From positions 13,010 through 77,009 of IMG/VR virus record IMGVR_UViG_3300043446_001144: a stretch of DNA of 64,000 nucleotides, one strand, 5' to 3'. The notes under the pieces are model-generated. The model was not told the origin of the DNA, searched no databases, and saw only the letters and a list, made by a program, of their open reading frames with translations. The position numbers were made by a program, and so were the translations under genes. Positions 1 to 10,009 of this stretch are shown in pieces. Position 1 is the first letter of the stretch, and every line of letters begins with the position of its first letter. This DNA is from a virus.

Positions 1-149
1 GCTTTTGAAACAACAGGGTTAACCTGGGGTTGAGGAGGAGTATAAGGAGTCATCGGTTGTTGAGATGGAGGCATCGGAGTATTGGAAGGACGAGGCTGTT
101 GTGCTGGCTGTTGTCCTAATTTGTTTGCCCACCAGTTTGCGTTACTCAT
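1..149 (-). CDS. 5' part of a Pro/Gln-rich hypothetical protein (runs off the window; MSNANWWANKLGQQPAQQPRP...)
   Basis: Read manually: ATG at 149 overlaps the polA stop (ATGAGTAA), frame open to position 1; not in the ORF track. Confidence 0.7.
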   Translation of the reverse strand, partial: MSNANWWANKLGQQPAQQPRPSNTPMPPSQQPMTPYTPPQPQVNPVVSK

Positions 150-2151
150 CTTTTGCTTCTCCCCACTTGTCGACAATCTTTGCTTCAGCAATGAGCGGAA
201 CTGTAATCTCTGGAAGGCGAATTCCTTCCATTGACTCGCGGATTGCTTCTGCTACATCCTCCGCTAAATCTTCACGAGCAACGGTAACCAACTCGTCGTG
301 TACGGTCAAAATGACGTTGGCTCCTGGCTCATCGACAAAACAGGAGTGAGCCCTGACAATAGCCAATTTCATAATATCTGCTGCAGAACCTTGAATAACG
401 GTGTTAAAGGCTTGTCGCTCCGCTCTGGACTTAAGTCCTTGGTCTCGACTTTTAAGGTCAGGTATATACCGACGACGACCAAACAGGGTAGACACATAAG
501 GAGTAGGTGTCTGAGCAGCAGCCATACGAATAACTCGTGCTCGATACTTTGAGATGTCATTAAATTGTTTACTGAAACGGTCTAATAAGTCTTTAGCGTC
601 TTTTACGCTACACCCTACACTCTGAGCAATCTTCTCTGGCCCAACGCCGTAGGACATCGCTAAAACAAGAACTTTTCCGGCCTTACGGTCTACTCCCATC
701 GTGTTACCAATAGTGGTGTAGATATCTCCTCCTTCTAAATAGTTCTTCATCATAATCGGGTCACCAGAAAACGAGGCAATGATGCGGGGTTCAATTTGAG
801 AATAATCAGCAACCACTAGTTTATGACCTGGTGGTGCAATAAACAGGTTCCTAATTAACTTACCATAGTCTCCACCACTAGGAATGTTTTGTAGGTTCGG
901 GTCGCTACTGGAAAAACGCCCTGTCTCTGCTCCATGGGATTTAAAGTTTGTATGCACTTTGCCATTTATTAAAAGCGATTTCTTTTCGCTAACTTTTGTT
1001 TTGCCCATGACAGTATGAGTAACTTCGCCACCAAGATATGGCATTACATAAGTTGTCATTAACTTATTTAAATCTTGATATTCAAGAATGGCGTCTACGA
1101 GTTCATCCTTGCTGCGATAAAACTCCAAAGCATCAGATGATACAGAATAGTGCTGTATATCTAATTTCATGGGATTAGTCATAGCCATTTCTTGACCTTT
1201 GGCTGTCAAAGCAATCTTAATACGAAGGTTAGGCTTTATTCCTCGACCACCCTCTTCTTTAGGAGAGAACAACAATTTCTGCTTCTCCTGCACAGAGTTC
1301 ATGGCAAATGGCTTTCCAACTAATTTCCAAGCCTTTGCTTTAGCGTTATCTAAATCCTTTTCAAGACGCTTCTTTAACTGTGTCAATTCATCAACGTCTA
1401 TGTTTGCCCCAGTGAGTTCCATGTCGCAGAGAGACGCGACCACGTCCATCTCTAGACCCCAGACACGTTTTAGGTCTCCCTCTAATTTAGGCTCTAGAAC
1501 CTTGTATAACTGCCATGTTGCGTCAGCATCTAGTCCTGAGTATTTAGCAACATCACTAAAAGAATGTACCTCTACCTGTGCTCCAACGCCCTTTTCAACA
1601 GTCAATCCAAGTTCACGCTTGGCGCAGTCTGCCAACCCTAAAAATCCACGATTACGATTGTTGATGATAAAAGACGCCATCATTGTGTCAAAGAATGGTT
1701 TATTAGGAACGTTGCCTCTGTAATACTTTGCAATTGACTTTAAATCAAACTTTACATTGTGACCAATCTTTAATTTGTCACTAAAGAACAACGGGTGTAA
1801 CGCCTTGAACACGTCTCCAGGAAGCAACTGCTCAGGAGCGGGGCCGAATACTGGTTTCCATTTCGCCTGATTCTTTGAATAATCGGTATCTCTTACTTCT
1901 TTGCCAGCAGCAATCTTGCGCTGACCACTCAATAGTAATTCCTTGTCCCAATTTAAAAATTCACCATTTGGATGACCCATAGGTATAACATCAACGCGAC
2001 CATCTGTTGCTAAAGAAATCCAAAGCACATCATTAACCACAGGCTGGATACGGTCTTCACCAACAGACTCAATATCAAATGCAAATGCGGGTTGCTTTTT
2101 GTAATACGCAACCAAATCTTCAAGTTGTTCTTTTGTTGTAATGATATTCAT
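142..2151 (-). CDS. polA: Family A DNA polymerase with 3'-5' exonuclease and no 5'-3' exonuclease
   Basis: ExoI DIES, ExoII HNVKFD, ExoIII YSGLD, TGRFSSSDPNLQNIP, motif A DYSQIEPR, motif B RKAGKVLVLAMSYG, motif C VHDEL. Confidence 0.97.
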   Translation of the reverse strand: MNIITTKEQLEDLVAYYKKQPAFAFDIESVGEDRIQPVVNDVLWISLATDGRVDVIPMGHPNGEFLNWDKELLLSGQRKIAAGKEVRDTDYSKNQAKWKPVFGPAPEQLLPGDVFKALHPLFFSDKLKIGHNVKFDLKSIAKYYRGNVPNKPFFDTMMASFIINNRNRGFLGLADCAKRELGLTVEKGVGAQVEVHSFSDVAKYSGLDADATWQLYKVLEPKLEGDLKRVWGLEMDVVASLCDMELTGANIDVDELTQLKKRLEKDLDNAKAKAWKLVGKPFAMNSVQEKQKLLFSPKEEGGRGIKPNLRIKIALTAKGQEMAMTNPMKLDIQHYSVSSDALEFYRSKDELVDAILEYQDLNKLMTTYVMPYLGGEVTHTVMGKTKVSEKKSLLINGKVHTNFKSHGAETGRFSSSDPNLQNIPSGGDYGKLIRNLFIAPPGHKLVVADYSQIEPRIIASFSGDPIMMKNYLEGGDIYTTIGNTMGVDRKAGKVLVLAMSYGVGPEKIAQSVGCSVKDAKDLLDRFSKQFNDISKYRARVIRMAAAQTPTPYVSTLFGRRRYIPDLKSRDQGLKSRAERQAFNTVIQGSAADIMKLAIVRAHSCFVDEPGANVILTVHDELVTVAREDLAEDVAEAIRESMEGIRLPEITVPLIAEAKIVDKWGEAKDE

Positions 2152-2170
2152 AAAACCCTCTCTTTAAGTA

Positions 2171-2202
2171 AGAGAGCCTGTAATGGAGGTAACAGGCTCT
2201 CT
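2171..2202 (-). promoter_or_regulatory. Hairpin with an 11-bp stem and ACCUCC-containing loop between ssb and polA
   Basis: AGAGAGCCTGT-TACCTCCATT-ACAGGCTCTCT on the minus strand. Confidence 0.7.
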
Positions 2203-2216
2203 CACGTGGAAACGAA

Positions 2217-2864
2217 CTAAGCGATTGAACGAGCAACTTCCAGTAGTTCAGAGCGAGGGGTCTCTCGAATTACTTCGGCTGTATAAGGTTCAGCGGCTGC
2301 TACGAGTTCATTGACCGCATCAGCGTTTAGTTTCCACTCCTCGGCAAGGTCACGACCACGGACGAAGTTGAGGGTGTACTGCGTCGTTGGTCCTGTTCCA
2401 AGTCGAGAAATCTCCCAGAACTCTTTTGAAAGAGGTCCTTTGCGCTCATCGTCATGCGCTTTCTTAATCTGACGAGCCAATGATGGTGGTGCAGTAAGAA
2501 TCTGTACGCCCTGCATTTCACCACTAAGTACTAGCACATTGAATGAAAACTTGCCACGAGGCTTATCCCCAAGAATGTCACACAGTGGGCAGTTTTCTCC
2601 AATACATACAAAAGATTTTTTACCCTTTGGGCGTTCAATCCAGTGTTGTTCATAAGTTGCAAATGGAGAGTCTTCGAGGAACTTTACAAGTTGTGGTTCC
2701 TCGGAGAAACGGAAGTCAGTTGGGAACTCAGTTGAGTCTGACTTAAGAAGTGCATCAACGGCATCCCAGCCCTGTTGCACGGTAGTTCCAACCTTTGGTT
2801 GGGCTGTTTCACTATCTTCATCAAGATAGTTTTCAGCATTTACTGCTGGTTTTGTAATTGGCAT
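2217..2864 (-). CDS. Probable ssDNA-binding protein (T4 gp32-like)
   Basis: QHW...FVC...CPLC Zn-type motif, GTGPTTQY, next to polA; start moved to ATG 2864 (AAAGGA RBS). Confidence 0.7.
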   Translation of the reverse strand: MPITKPAVNAENYLDEDSETAQPKVGTTVQQGWDAVDALLKSDSTEFPTDFRFSEEPQLVKFLEDSPFATYEQHWIERPKGKKSFVCIGENCPLCDILGDKPRGKFSFNVLVLSGEMQGVQILTAPPSLARQIKKAHDDERKGPLSKEFWEISRLGTGPTTQYTLNFVRGRDLAEEWKLNADAVNELVAAAEPYTAEVIRETPRSELLEVARSIA

Positions 2865-2915
2865 GTTTTCCTTTAGGTAGTGAGGCACGGAACAACCCTG
2901 TATCTCTGTACAAAA

Positions 2916-3398
2916 TTATTGCTGCTGGCTCTCTGTGGATGTGATGTCCTTCCAGCGCTTTACTAAAGCATCTGTAAGGTCTTCGTGTTGGCTCCATTCT
3001 ACACGAGCAGAGCCAAGTAGGTTTCGTCGAGAAAACTCATCGATAGCAGCCTCTATAAGAGTGCGAGTATAAACCCGATTTCCTCCAGTTTTTTGACCTT
3101 TTAAAGTCTTAGACCGAAGTCGATACGGGGCACGTGGAATGTATCCTTTGCGCTCCCATAGACGGACTGTGACAATCGTCTTTTCCAAGGCTTGTGCTAA
3201 CGCACCAATGGTAAAGACTTCTGTTTCTTTTCCACCTAATGTTTTAATGATTGGGGTTTCATCCCAACCATTTGTCTCACCGCTTTTACGGCGAGAAACC
3301 TTTGGGTCTGGTTCTCTTCTTTTCTTTTTAGAACCAGGAATGTATTCGAGGTCTCTAAAGGCCTCGATAATCTCGTCTTCTCCTCGTAATCCTGCCAT
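2916..3398 (-). CDS. MerR-like HTH DNA-binding protein
   Basis: FTIGALAQALEKTIVTVRLWERKGYIP...GNRVYT matches the MerR HTH pattern. Confidence 0.75.
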   Translation of the reverse strand: MAGLRGEDEIIEAFRDLEYIPGSKKKRREPDPKVSRRKSGETNGWDETPIIKTLGGKETEVFTIGALAQALEKTIVTVRLWERKGYIPRAPYRLRSKTLKGQKTGGNRVYTRTLIEAAIDEFSRRNLLGSARVEWSQHEDLTDALVKRWKDITSTESQQQ

Positions 3399-3400
3399 GG

Positions 3401-3838
3401 CTATCTCTTGTTCATCACCAATGCCCAGACAACGGATTGCGGATACATTTCATCAATCTCTTCTTCAGTCAACTCATCGTTATACAGAGCAGCCATAAGA
3501 GCATCCTCATCAATAACTTCTACAATCTTTACAAGTTTGTCACGGAGTCCTTTTTCTTCAATGAGGTCAAAAGCAATATCTTCATCAATCTTTCGAGATA
3601 CTCGACGTTGTTTGGTGATAGCAACAAAGCCTTCAATTTCTTCTGGCAATTCAAGGACGATGTTTCCTTTGTCATCTTGTTCGCCACGTTCTTCAACATG
3701 TTCAAAAATTTCTTGTTTTAAATCTTTTAATTTTTTTTCAAAATATTCCACCTGCTTTTTTGCAAACGCATACTCTTTTGCTTGAGCAATTAACTCATCT
3801 TTGTTCATGCGTGGTTCTACTTCAGATACTCGTGCCAT
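3401..3838 (-). CDS. Hypothetical coiled-coil phage protein (possibly Gam/gp157-like)
   Basis: GGAGGG RBS, N-terminal coiled coil, IDEDALMAAL; in the replication block. Confidence 0.5.
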   Translation of the reverse strand: MARVSEVEPRMNKDELIAQAKEYAFAKKQVEYFEKKLKDLKQEIFEHVEERGEQDDKGNIVLELPEEIEGFVAITKQRRVSRKIDEDIAFDLIEEKGLRDKLVKIVEVIDEDALMAALYNDELTEEEIDEMYPQSVVWALVMNKR

Positions 3839-5408
3839 CGGCCCCTCCTACTTTAGTTTGTGATATGAAGTTCAAAAGACTTCCTACTGTCAAGTCTACA
3901 CCACCACGAGAATTGATTCCCGTGCCGTCCAGCACCGCATCAGCCACAGCGTTCTTCTGCTGAAGCATCTCGTGCTGACGTTCTTCAATAGAGCCCTGCA
4001 TTAGGAAATCTTGAATAGTTATGGTAGGCCAACGGCTTGAGGTTCTCTTGATTCGTCCGTTTCTTTGAACTGCTAATCCTGCGTTCCAGGGAAGGTCATA
4101 GTTAATCAAAAGGTTTGCATTAGGCAAATCTACTCCATAACCACCAGCATCAGAAGAAATGAAAATTCGACAATCTGGGTCAGTTAAAAACTTTTCCTTG
4201 CTTGCTTCCTTTTCTTTTGAGTTCATTTGTCCTGTGTACAAAGTCCCACCGAGTCTGTCGTAGATTGTAGAGACCGCATCTAGGTAAGAAGCAAAGATGA
4301 CTACCTTTGCATCGGCATCCGTTTCAAGGTGTTCATTTACATATTGAACGACAGCATCAAGTTTAGGAACTCCCATTCCTTTGATTTTAATGTGACCGTT
4401 GTTCCAAAGATAGTTTGCATAGGCACTTCCCTTTGTTCCATCATAATTTGCGCCGCTGTTTGCAAGAATATATGGATTATCACAGACCATACGAAGCGCA
4501 GTTATCTTAGACATTATAGAACCACGCATCATGTCTGCTGGACTTCCTGGTTTATATCCCTCACCATAATGAGCGGCTATAGAAAACCCAGCACCAAGCA
4601 ATTGCTGCGCTTCTACTAATTCATTCTTTAGTTCTTCAACAATAAAGTTGTACAACTTACGACCTGCCGAATCAAACCTAACAAGAATTGGGTCACGATA
4701 GATAACACTTGGAAGATACGGAGCAACATCAGGGTCTGTCTGAACTTTGCGAACCGAAGCCTGTTTCATTTTTTCATGAAAGATAGGTAAATTTCTGTAT
4801 CGCTGAACTCCACCAAAATGATTTCTAACAATAAAAGTCTGGTCAAATAAGTCAAAACGACCAAGCAGATTTGGATTAACGAATTGCATAATGCTGTACA
4901 ACTCTTCTGGTTTACCGTTCTCAATAGGAGTTCCAGTAAGAGCAAATCTAATTGATACATTGCGAGCAAGGTCTTTAACGCGTTTTGAACGCTTTGACCT
5001 AAATCCTTTGATAGCGGTTGCTTCATCACACACTACTGCGCCCCAAAAGTATCGGGAGACAAGGTCCCAGTCATTGACTATCGACTCATAATTGGTTATT
5101 ACATAGTCGGACTTCTGACCATCTTCATATTGTTGTGTGCGTTGCTGTTTATTTCCATCCACAACGGTAGAAACCACACCTGTACAGAATTTTGCTATTT
5201 CTTTCTGCCACTGATATTTGAGGCTAGATAAGGCTATTACAAGGATAGGACCCTTCTGTATCTGTCCTGTATCGTTTAATTTTTCTAGGGCCGCAATAGT
5301 CATACAGGTCTTACCAAGACCCATTTCGTAAGCAACAAGCATCTTCTTCTCGCCAACCATGCGGCTTACAGCCTCTACTTGATATGGCTTAAGAGTTCCC
5401 GTGAACAT
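3822..5408 (-). CDS. SNF2-family (SF2) helicase/ATPase
   Basis: EMGLGKT, CDEAT, LTGTP, GGYGVDL, QRNGRIKR; start moved to ATG 5408 (AAGGAGG RBS). Confidence 0.93.
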   Translation of the reverse strand: MFTGTLKPYQVEAVSRMVGEKKMLVAYEMGLGKTCMTIAALEKLNDTGQIQKGPILVIALSSLKYQWQKEIAKFCTGVVSTVVDGNKQQRTQQYEDGQKSDYVITNYESIVNDWDLVSRYFWGAVVCDEATAIKGFRSKRSKRVKDLARNVSIRFALTGTPIENGKPEELYSIMQFVNPNLLGRFDLFDQTFIVRNHFGGVQRYRNLPIFHEKMKQASVRKVQTDPDVAPYLPSVIYRDPILVRFDSAGRKLYNFIVEELKNELVEAQQLLGAGFSIAAHYGEGYKPGSPADMMRGSIMSKITALRMVCDNPYILANSGANYDGTKGSAYANYLWNNGHIKIKGMGVPKLDAVVQYVNEHLETDADAKVVIFASYLDAVSTIYDRLGGTLYTGQMNSKEKEASKEKFLTDPDCRIFISSDAGGYGVDLPNANLLINYDLPWNAGLAVQRNGRIKRTSSRWPTITIQDFLMQGSIEERQHEMLQQKNAVADAVLDGTGINSRGGVDLTVGSLLNFISQTKVGGADGTSI

Positions 5409-6333
5409 AAGCCTCCTTACCAAGTATGTAAGATTTGGAGTTTTCAATACCACGATGAATCTCATCTATCGTCATATCACCTGGGTCTTTGACATCAATC
5501 CCTTTGTAATCAAAGTAAAAGAGGTTTAATCCGTATTTACGAGCATACGGACGCATCGACTCGGCAGCCTTGAGACCTGCTTCATCACTATCAAATGCTG
5601 CAATAACCTTGTCTGCTCTGCGCATAATTTTTGCTTGGTCTTCACTGACAATAGCGCCAAATGTAGATACCGCTCCTTCAACGCCTGCGCATCGCAATCG
5701 CACAACATCAAGTGGTGATTCAACAACAACAAGAACATCGATAGCCATTACTTCTACACCAAAAACTGTCTTGGATTTTTTAACGCCCACTGGTTGATTG
5801 CGAAAAAAGCGACCACTAGCACCCTTCTCTTGCCATCCCATCAACTCGTATGTGTCGGGATGTCGGATAGGAAGAACCCATGCTGAATGACTTATATCCC
5901 AGAGTACGCCGTGGTGCTTTGCTGCTTCTGCAGTTAGGAATCGCTTTTTTAATTCAAATGCAGGAGGCTCCGAGTACACAGCCAAACGAGCCTCTGACAT
6001 ACTTATTGGCTCTGCTTCAGGCTGTACATACTGTGGCAAATCCTTGATGCGACGAAGCAACGAATCGAGGGGAAGTTCTGCTTGACCATCAATAAATTCT
6101 TTTGCTTCGTGATAATCAATACTTTTTAAATCACGAACGAGCGTGTAAAGGTTTCCCTTGTAACCGCAAGAGAAGCAGATGTGTGCTCCTGTTAATGCAT
6201 TTATCCACCACGATGGATTGTGGTCTTCTTTTCCTGTTCGCTTCTTGTGCATAGGACAAAGCCCATTGACTTCATCACCACGTTGTGCCGTAAGTGGTAA
6301 ATCAAGTGCAAGAAGAACTTTTTCTACATCCAC
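5389..6333 (-). CDS. DNA primase (CHC2 zinc finger plus TOPRIM)
   Basis: CPMH...CFSC, VVESPLD, FDSDEAG, KDPGD; likely GTG start at 6333. Confidence 0.9.
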   Translation of the reverse strand: MDVEKVLLALDLPLTAQRGDEVNGLCPMHKKRTGKEDHNPSWWINALTGAHICFSCGYKGNLYTLVRDLKSIDYHEAKEFIDGQAELPLDSLLRRIKDLPQYVQPEAEPISMSEARLAVYSEPPAFELKKRFLTAEAAKHHGVLWDISHSAWVLPIRHPDTYELMGWQEKGASGRFFRNQPVGVKKSKTVFGVEVMAIDVLVVVESPLDVVRLRCAGVEGAVSTFGAIVSEDQAKIMRRADKVIAAFDSDEAGLKAAESMRPYARKYGLNLFYFDYKGIDVKDPGDMTIDEIHRGIENSKSYILGKEAYVHGNS

Positions 6334-7580
6334 TACTTGCTCCAGTTCATGCAGTAGGTGCACTTGGTCATAAATGATTCATCGTGGAAGCAACCAGTCT
6401 CCCAACGCCAAGTAATAGCGGTTTCACTTGGTGGGCAGTTACGTGATTGAACAATTTTTAATAAACGAATCTCTTCGTCCTCTTCAACTGGCTCAAGACC
6501 AAGAATTACATCCGAATCCTGGAAGAACGAAGATGAATATCCAATTGAATCTGCAGTTACTTTTCCAGCACGCATCTTCCACAGCAATGTCTGCGTGGTG
6601 ATAACTATTGGCTTGTTAATCTTTTGAGCAAGACGTTTAAGAGCGCGAGTTATGTTGGTAATTGCTTGAGGAGTATTCATCTCGCCTGTGATTTCATCCA
6701 TCATCAAATAAACACCATCAACAAACACAATGTCAGGATTGCACTGCTCAATTTTTGCTGACAGCGCTGATACGGTTATTCCATTGACTGCATCGACAAG
6801 ATGAAACGGATGTAAATTCTCCATGTCATTTAACATGTCAATATAACGAGTCTCTTCTGCAGGCAACAACTTTCCACGACGCAAACGACCATGTGAAATG
6901 TTGGCACGCATAGCATCGTGACGCTGCTGCTGTTCGTGATTGTTCATCTCAAATGATTGGAACATCGGTACCTTGCCCAACTTGTGGACATTGATAGCCA
7001 TCTGTAGAGCAATCTGAGACTTACCTGTCTTTGGTGGAGCAATTATGGTGATTAGTTGACCGCCCTGCAATCCTGCAGTTGCTTCGTCAATCTTTTCAAA
7101 ACCAGTAGGTATTCCTAAAAAGGTCTTATTCTGTAGCGCTTTGTAATCCTCGTAACGCTGCTCAGTATTCTTTGATAAATCTACTTCGTGAGTTCCAAGA
7201 ACTCCCTGTTCATTGACTTTTGCAATAGCCTGCTCCATAGCAAGAAGAGCGGCGTCATGATTGTTGTCTTGCAGTAACTCAACAGCGTTCTCAAGTCCTT
7301 GACGAGTAAGAAGTCGACGACGGAAATCAACCATCGTGTCTAACAGATATTCAACCGAATCTTCTACATCAAGAATCTTGTAGTTTGGATAATGGTCTTT
7401 TACTGTTACGCCGGTGGGAACTTCACGATATTCGCTGTAATGTTTGCGAACGAATGTCCAAACTTTACGATTGTCTTCATCAAGAAACCAAGAATCTTGA
7501 ACTCCACGTGAGAGCGCAGGAACAATATCGCGGTCACGAATTACTTTACTGACCAGACGATGTTCGTTATCTGCTGCCAT
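6333..7580 (-). CDS. dnaB: DnaB-like replicative helicase
   Basis: GIPTGF, Walker A APPKTGKS, SFEM, VFVDGVYLM, FQDSD. Confidence 0.92.
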   Translation of the reverse strand: MAADNEHRLVSKVIRDRDIVPALSRGVQDSWFLDEDNRKVWTFVRKHYSEYREVPTGVTVKDHYPNYKILDVEDSVEYLLDTMVDFRRRLLTRQGLENAVELLQDNNHDAALLAMEQAIAKVNEQGVLGTHEVDLSKNTEQRYEDYKALQNKTFLGIPTGFEKIDEATAGLQGGQLITIIAPPKTGKSQIALQMAINVHKLGKVPMFQSFEMNNHEQQQRHDAMRANISHGRLRRGKLLPAEETRYIDMLNDMENLHPFHLVDAVNGITVSALSAKIEQCNPDIVFVDGVYLMMDEITGEMNTPQAITNITRALKRLAQKINKPIVITTQTLLWKMRAGKVTADSIGYSSSFFQDSDVILGLEPVEEDEEIRLLKIVQSRNCPPSETAITWRWETGCFHDESFMTKCTYCMNWSK

Positions 7581-7598
7581 GTCGCCCCCTCTAGGCTA

Positions 7599-8015
7599 TT
7601 AAAGATTGGCTAGTTCTACTCCTGCTGACCCATATCGTGCAACTCTGTCGGGAATGTCAATCACTCCTTTAAGGTTTGGACGATACGGAAGCATTGTGAC
7701 TAACTCATCTACACTTTCGTACAGTTGCCAATAGTTAAACGGATTAACTACACGGCGTTCTAACTTTTCAAAGGCCTTGTCAAGAAGTTCTTCTGTCCAA
7801 CCCTCTGATGCAAAACCAGCAAGTTCTAGAGAAATGCCGTAGTTATTGGCAAGTATCCACAATCTGTTGGCGCCAAGCAAATCCACATCTCCAACTTTGT
7901 AAGAGACCCGTTTTCCAAGAAGTCGTCGGCTCTCTTCTTCAAGTAATTTAATTACAACATCTGTTACAGCGATTACCTGCGGAGAGGAGACGTTTGATAT
8001 GTCTCCATTCTTCAT
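7599..8015 (-). CDS. Hypothetical protein
   Basis: ORF coupled to the upstream gene (ATGA overlap). Confidence 0.65.
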   Translation of the reverse strand: MKNGDISNVSSPQVIAVTDVVIKLLEEESRRLLGKRVSYKVGDVDLLGANRLWILANNYGISLELAGFASEGWTEELLDKAFEKLERRVVNPFNYWQLYESVDELVTMLPYRPNLKGVIDIPDRVARYGSAGVELANL

Positions 8016-8320
8016 AAGACTTCAATCTTAGCGTACTTAACAACAAACTCACGAAACTTTTCAGGGTTGTCCTGAACTTCAAGAGCGGTCTCTTCTGGAA
8101 CTTCGTCTGGAATCAGTATCGAGTAATGCCCATGGTTCATCCGCATTCGTTCATCAACAAACCTTGTATGTTTGCAATTAAAGAACTTTTTCCACTTAGG
8201 ACAACTGCAACGAAGTCTTTTTGTTTCAGTATCGACCTCAACTTCAAAAACGCCAGCGGCCTGAGCAGAGATGAACAGTTGAACTGTTCTCCAAGGTGTC
8301 TGCACGTTGTTGCCTCTCAT
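8012..8320 (-). CDS. SWIM zinc-finger protein
   Basis: CSCPKW...CKH (CxC-xn-CxH). Confidence 0.75.
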   Translation of the reverse strand: MRGNNVQTPWRTVQLFISAQAAGVFEVEVDTETKRLRCSCPKWKKFFNCKHTRFVDERMRMNHGHYSILIPDEVPEETALEVQDNPEKFREFVVKYAKIEVL

Positions 8321-9039
8321 TGCGCTCCTCGTAGGTCAGAACCAAGGATTGGCACACGAACAAAGGCTTCATTGGCAAAACTTGCCATTGCCTCTCGATA
8401 TTGCGCTTCCCAGTTCTCCAGCATCACGTTAGTCGTTACGATAGTTGGTAACGCCTTGTCATACCGTGCACGCAGTATCTCATCAAACGATGTATCGTCG
8501 TACTTTGAACCGTATTCTTTTCCGAGGTCGTCTATGACTAGAATCCGAACGTTTAAAAAGTCGAACTTTGAGCGACCATGGAGCCCGTCAATTTCGTAAA
8601 CCATCTGTTTTTTGTCTTCGGGGTCCGCATCGAATGTTGATTTTTTTCTTGACAGGAATTCAGGATAGGTCATGTAATAAATAGGGCGAGCATTGAGCCC
8701 ATAGTCGCTCGCATTCATACCCAGAATCTTACGAGAAGCCTCGTCGTCATTTGGGAGACGTCGGACCACCTCCATAGCGGCAACAACGGCGTGAGTCGTT
8801 TTGCCTATACCAGGCCCTCCGTCAAAAAGCATACCGACACCATTTGTGCCAATGTTGCCAATCTGTTTTATAACAAGACCACTAACAACGTCGTCAATCC
8901 ATTGAGAGTACTGTGGTGGCACATCTCCTGAACGCTCCTGTATATCTGATATCTCTAACCCAAGAAAACGACGTGGGATATTTGACGTTCTTAATAGCCA
9001 ATGTTTTTTTAATGAAGTTAGAGAGTTTACGTCGTACAC
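8317..9039 (-). CDS. DnaC/IstB-like AAA+ ATPase (helicase loader)
   Basis: GGPGIGKT, LVIDDLGKE, RYDKALPTIVTTN, GSDLR. Confidence 0.88.
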   Translation of the reverse strand: MYDVNSLTSLKKHWLLRTSNIPRRFLGLEISDIQERSGDVPPQYSQWIDDVVSGLVIKQIGNIGTNGVGMLFDGGPGIGKTTHAVVAAMEVVRRLPNDDEASRKILGMNASDYGLNARPIYYMTYPEFLSRKKSTFDADPEDKKQMVYEIDGLHGRSKFDFLNVRILVIDDLGKEYGSKYDDTSFDEILRARYDKALPTIVTTNVMLENWEAQYREAMASFANEAFVRVPILGSDLRGAQ

Positions 9040-9043
9040 TAAA

Positions 9044-10009
9044 TTAATCCCCCTTTATCTTCTTTTCATACCGCTCAAGTTGTGCACGACCAGACATTGA
9101 GTTCTGGAATACGCGACCGTCACTTGCTGTAAGCGTTGATATCTTAACAGTGGGCTCTTTACTTCCCGCAACTCGACCGAGTCCAAGGTTCTCTCGTGCC
9201 TGATTCATCCTCTTACCAAAAGATGCTAAATAAAGTTTGTAAAGATTTGGCGCTTCATCACCAATGTGTTTGAAATTACTTTCATCTGTCATAAACAACC
9301 GAAGCAACTCAAGTTCGATTAATGCTGTGGTTCCGTACTGCTTTCTAAACTTTGCAAGGGCTCCTGCGAGGACTTTGACATTGACGGTTCCTGGAAGGAG
9401 GGGGTACTTGCGCCCAACCCGATAAGAAAACTCTGCAGCGACATCCATTGGGGTCCACTCATGCTCTGGCCTCTTGCCACGAGTTTTGGGGTCACGTTTG
9501 CTGTAGTGCTTCTGTGGTTGGTCTCTGTCCTCAACCAATCCAAAGCCTGCCAAGTCATCGCCATCGTCATAGCCTTTCATTGAAATTCGTATCTCCTTTA
9601 GTGGCGCTTCTTGCGCCACAATATCTTTTAATTTATAACTATCTTGGCTATTAGGTACTAATGACTTATCTGTCTTTTGACTACGTGGACTATTAGTCAC
9701 GTAGTCATGTGAGGCGCGGTAATTTGAGTCCCCTATAGCGCGGTAATTTGAGTCCTTTATCTCAACTATAAGAAGGCCGTTAAATCCATTGGCTCTTCTA
9801 GTTTGAGTAAGCGTTATTAAGCCTTGCTTTTCTAAAGCCTTTAATGCCCTTCTGACGGTTTTATCAGACTTTTTGTCAGTCTCCCTACCCAACGCCTCTA
9901 CAGAGGCCTTAAAACGGCCTTGAGAGCCCGAAAAACGGCATAGAACGACCATTAGTCGGAACTGGTAATCGGTAATAGGAGCCGTAAACGCTCCTTCTGG
10001 AATGTGCAT
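9044..10009 (-). CDS. wHTH protein, probable replication initiator
   Basis: SVEALGRET...TVRRALKALEKQGLI wHTH, directly upstream of the DnaC-like loader, internal DNA direct repeat. Confidence 0.7.
   Translation of the reverse strand: MHIPEGAFTAPITDYQFRLMVVLCRFSGSQGRFKASVEALGRETDKKSDKTVRRALKALEKQGLITLTQTRRANGFNGLLIVEIKDSNYRAIGDSNYRASHDYVTNSPRSQKTDKSLVPNSQDSYKLKDIVAQEAPLKEIRISMKGYDDGDDLAGFGLVEDRDQPQKHYSKRDPKTRGKRPEHEWTPMDVAAEFSYRVGRKYPLLPGTVNVKVLAGALAKFRKQYGTTALIELELLRLFMTDESNFKHIGDEAPNLYKLYLASFGKRMNQARENLGLGRVAGSKEPTVKISTLTASDGRVFQNSMSGRAQLERYEKKIKGD
9714..9755. repeat. 18-bp direct repeat x2 (GCGCGGTAATTTGAGTCC, period 24); candidate iterons
   Basis: Exact copies at 9714-9731 and 9738-9755, encoding DSNYRA twice. 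Confidence 0.75.

Noticed and set aside
142-2151. Intein/intron, or DpoZ-type Z-DNA polymerase
   Set aside because: Length is normal, no splice motifs, and no purZ in the window
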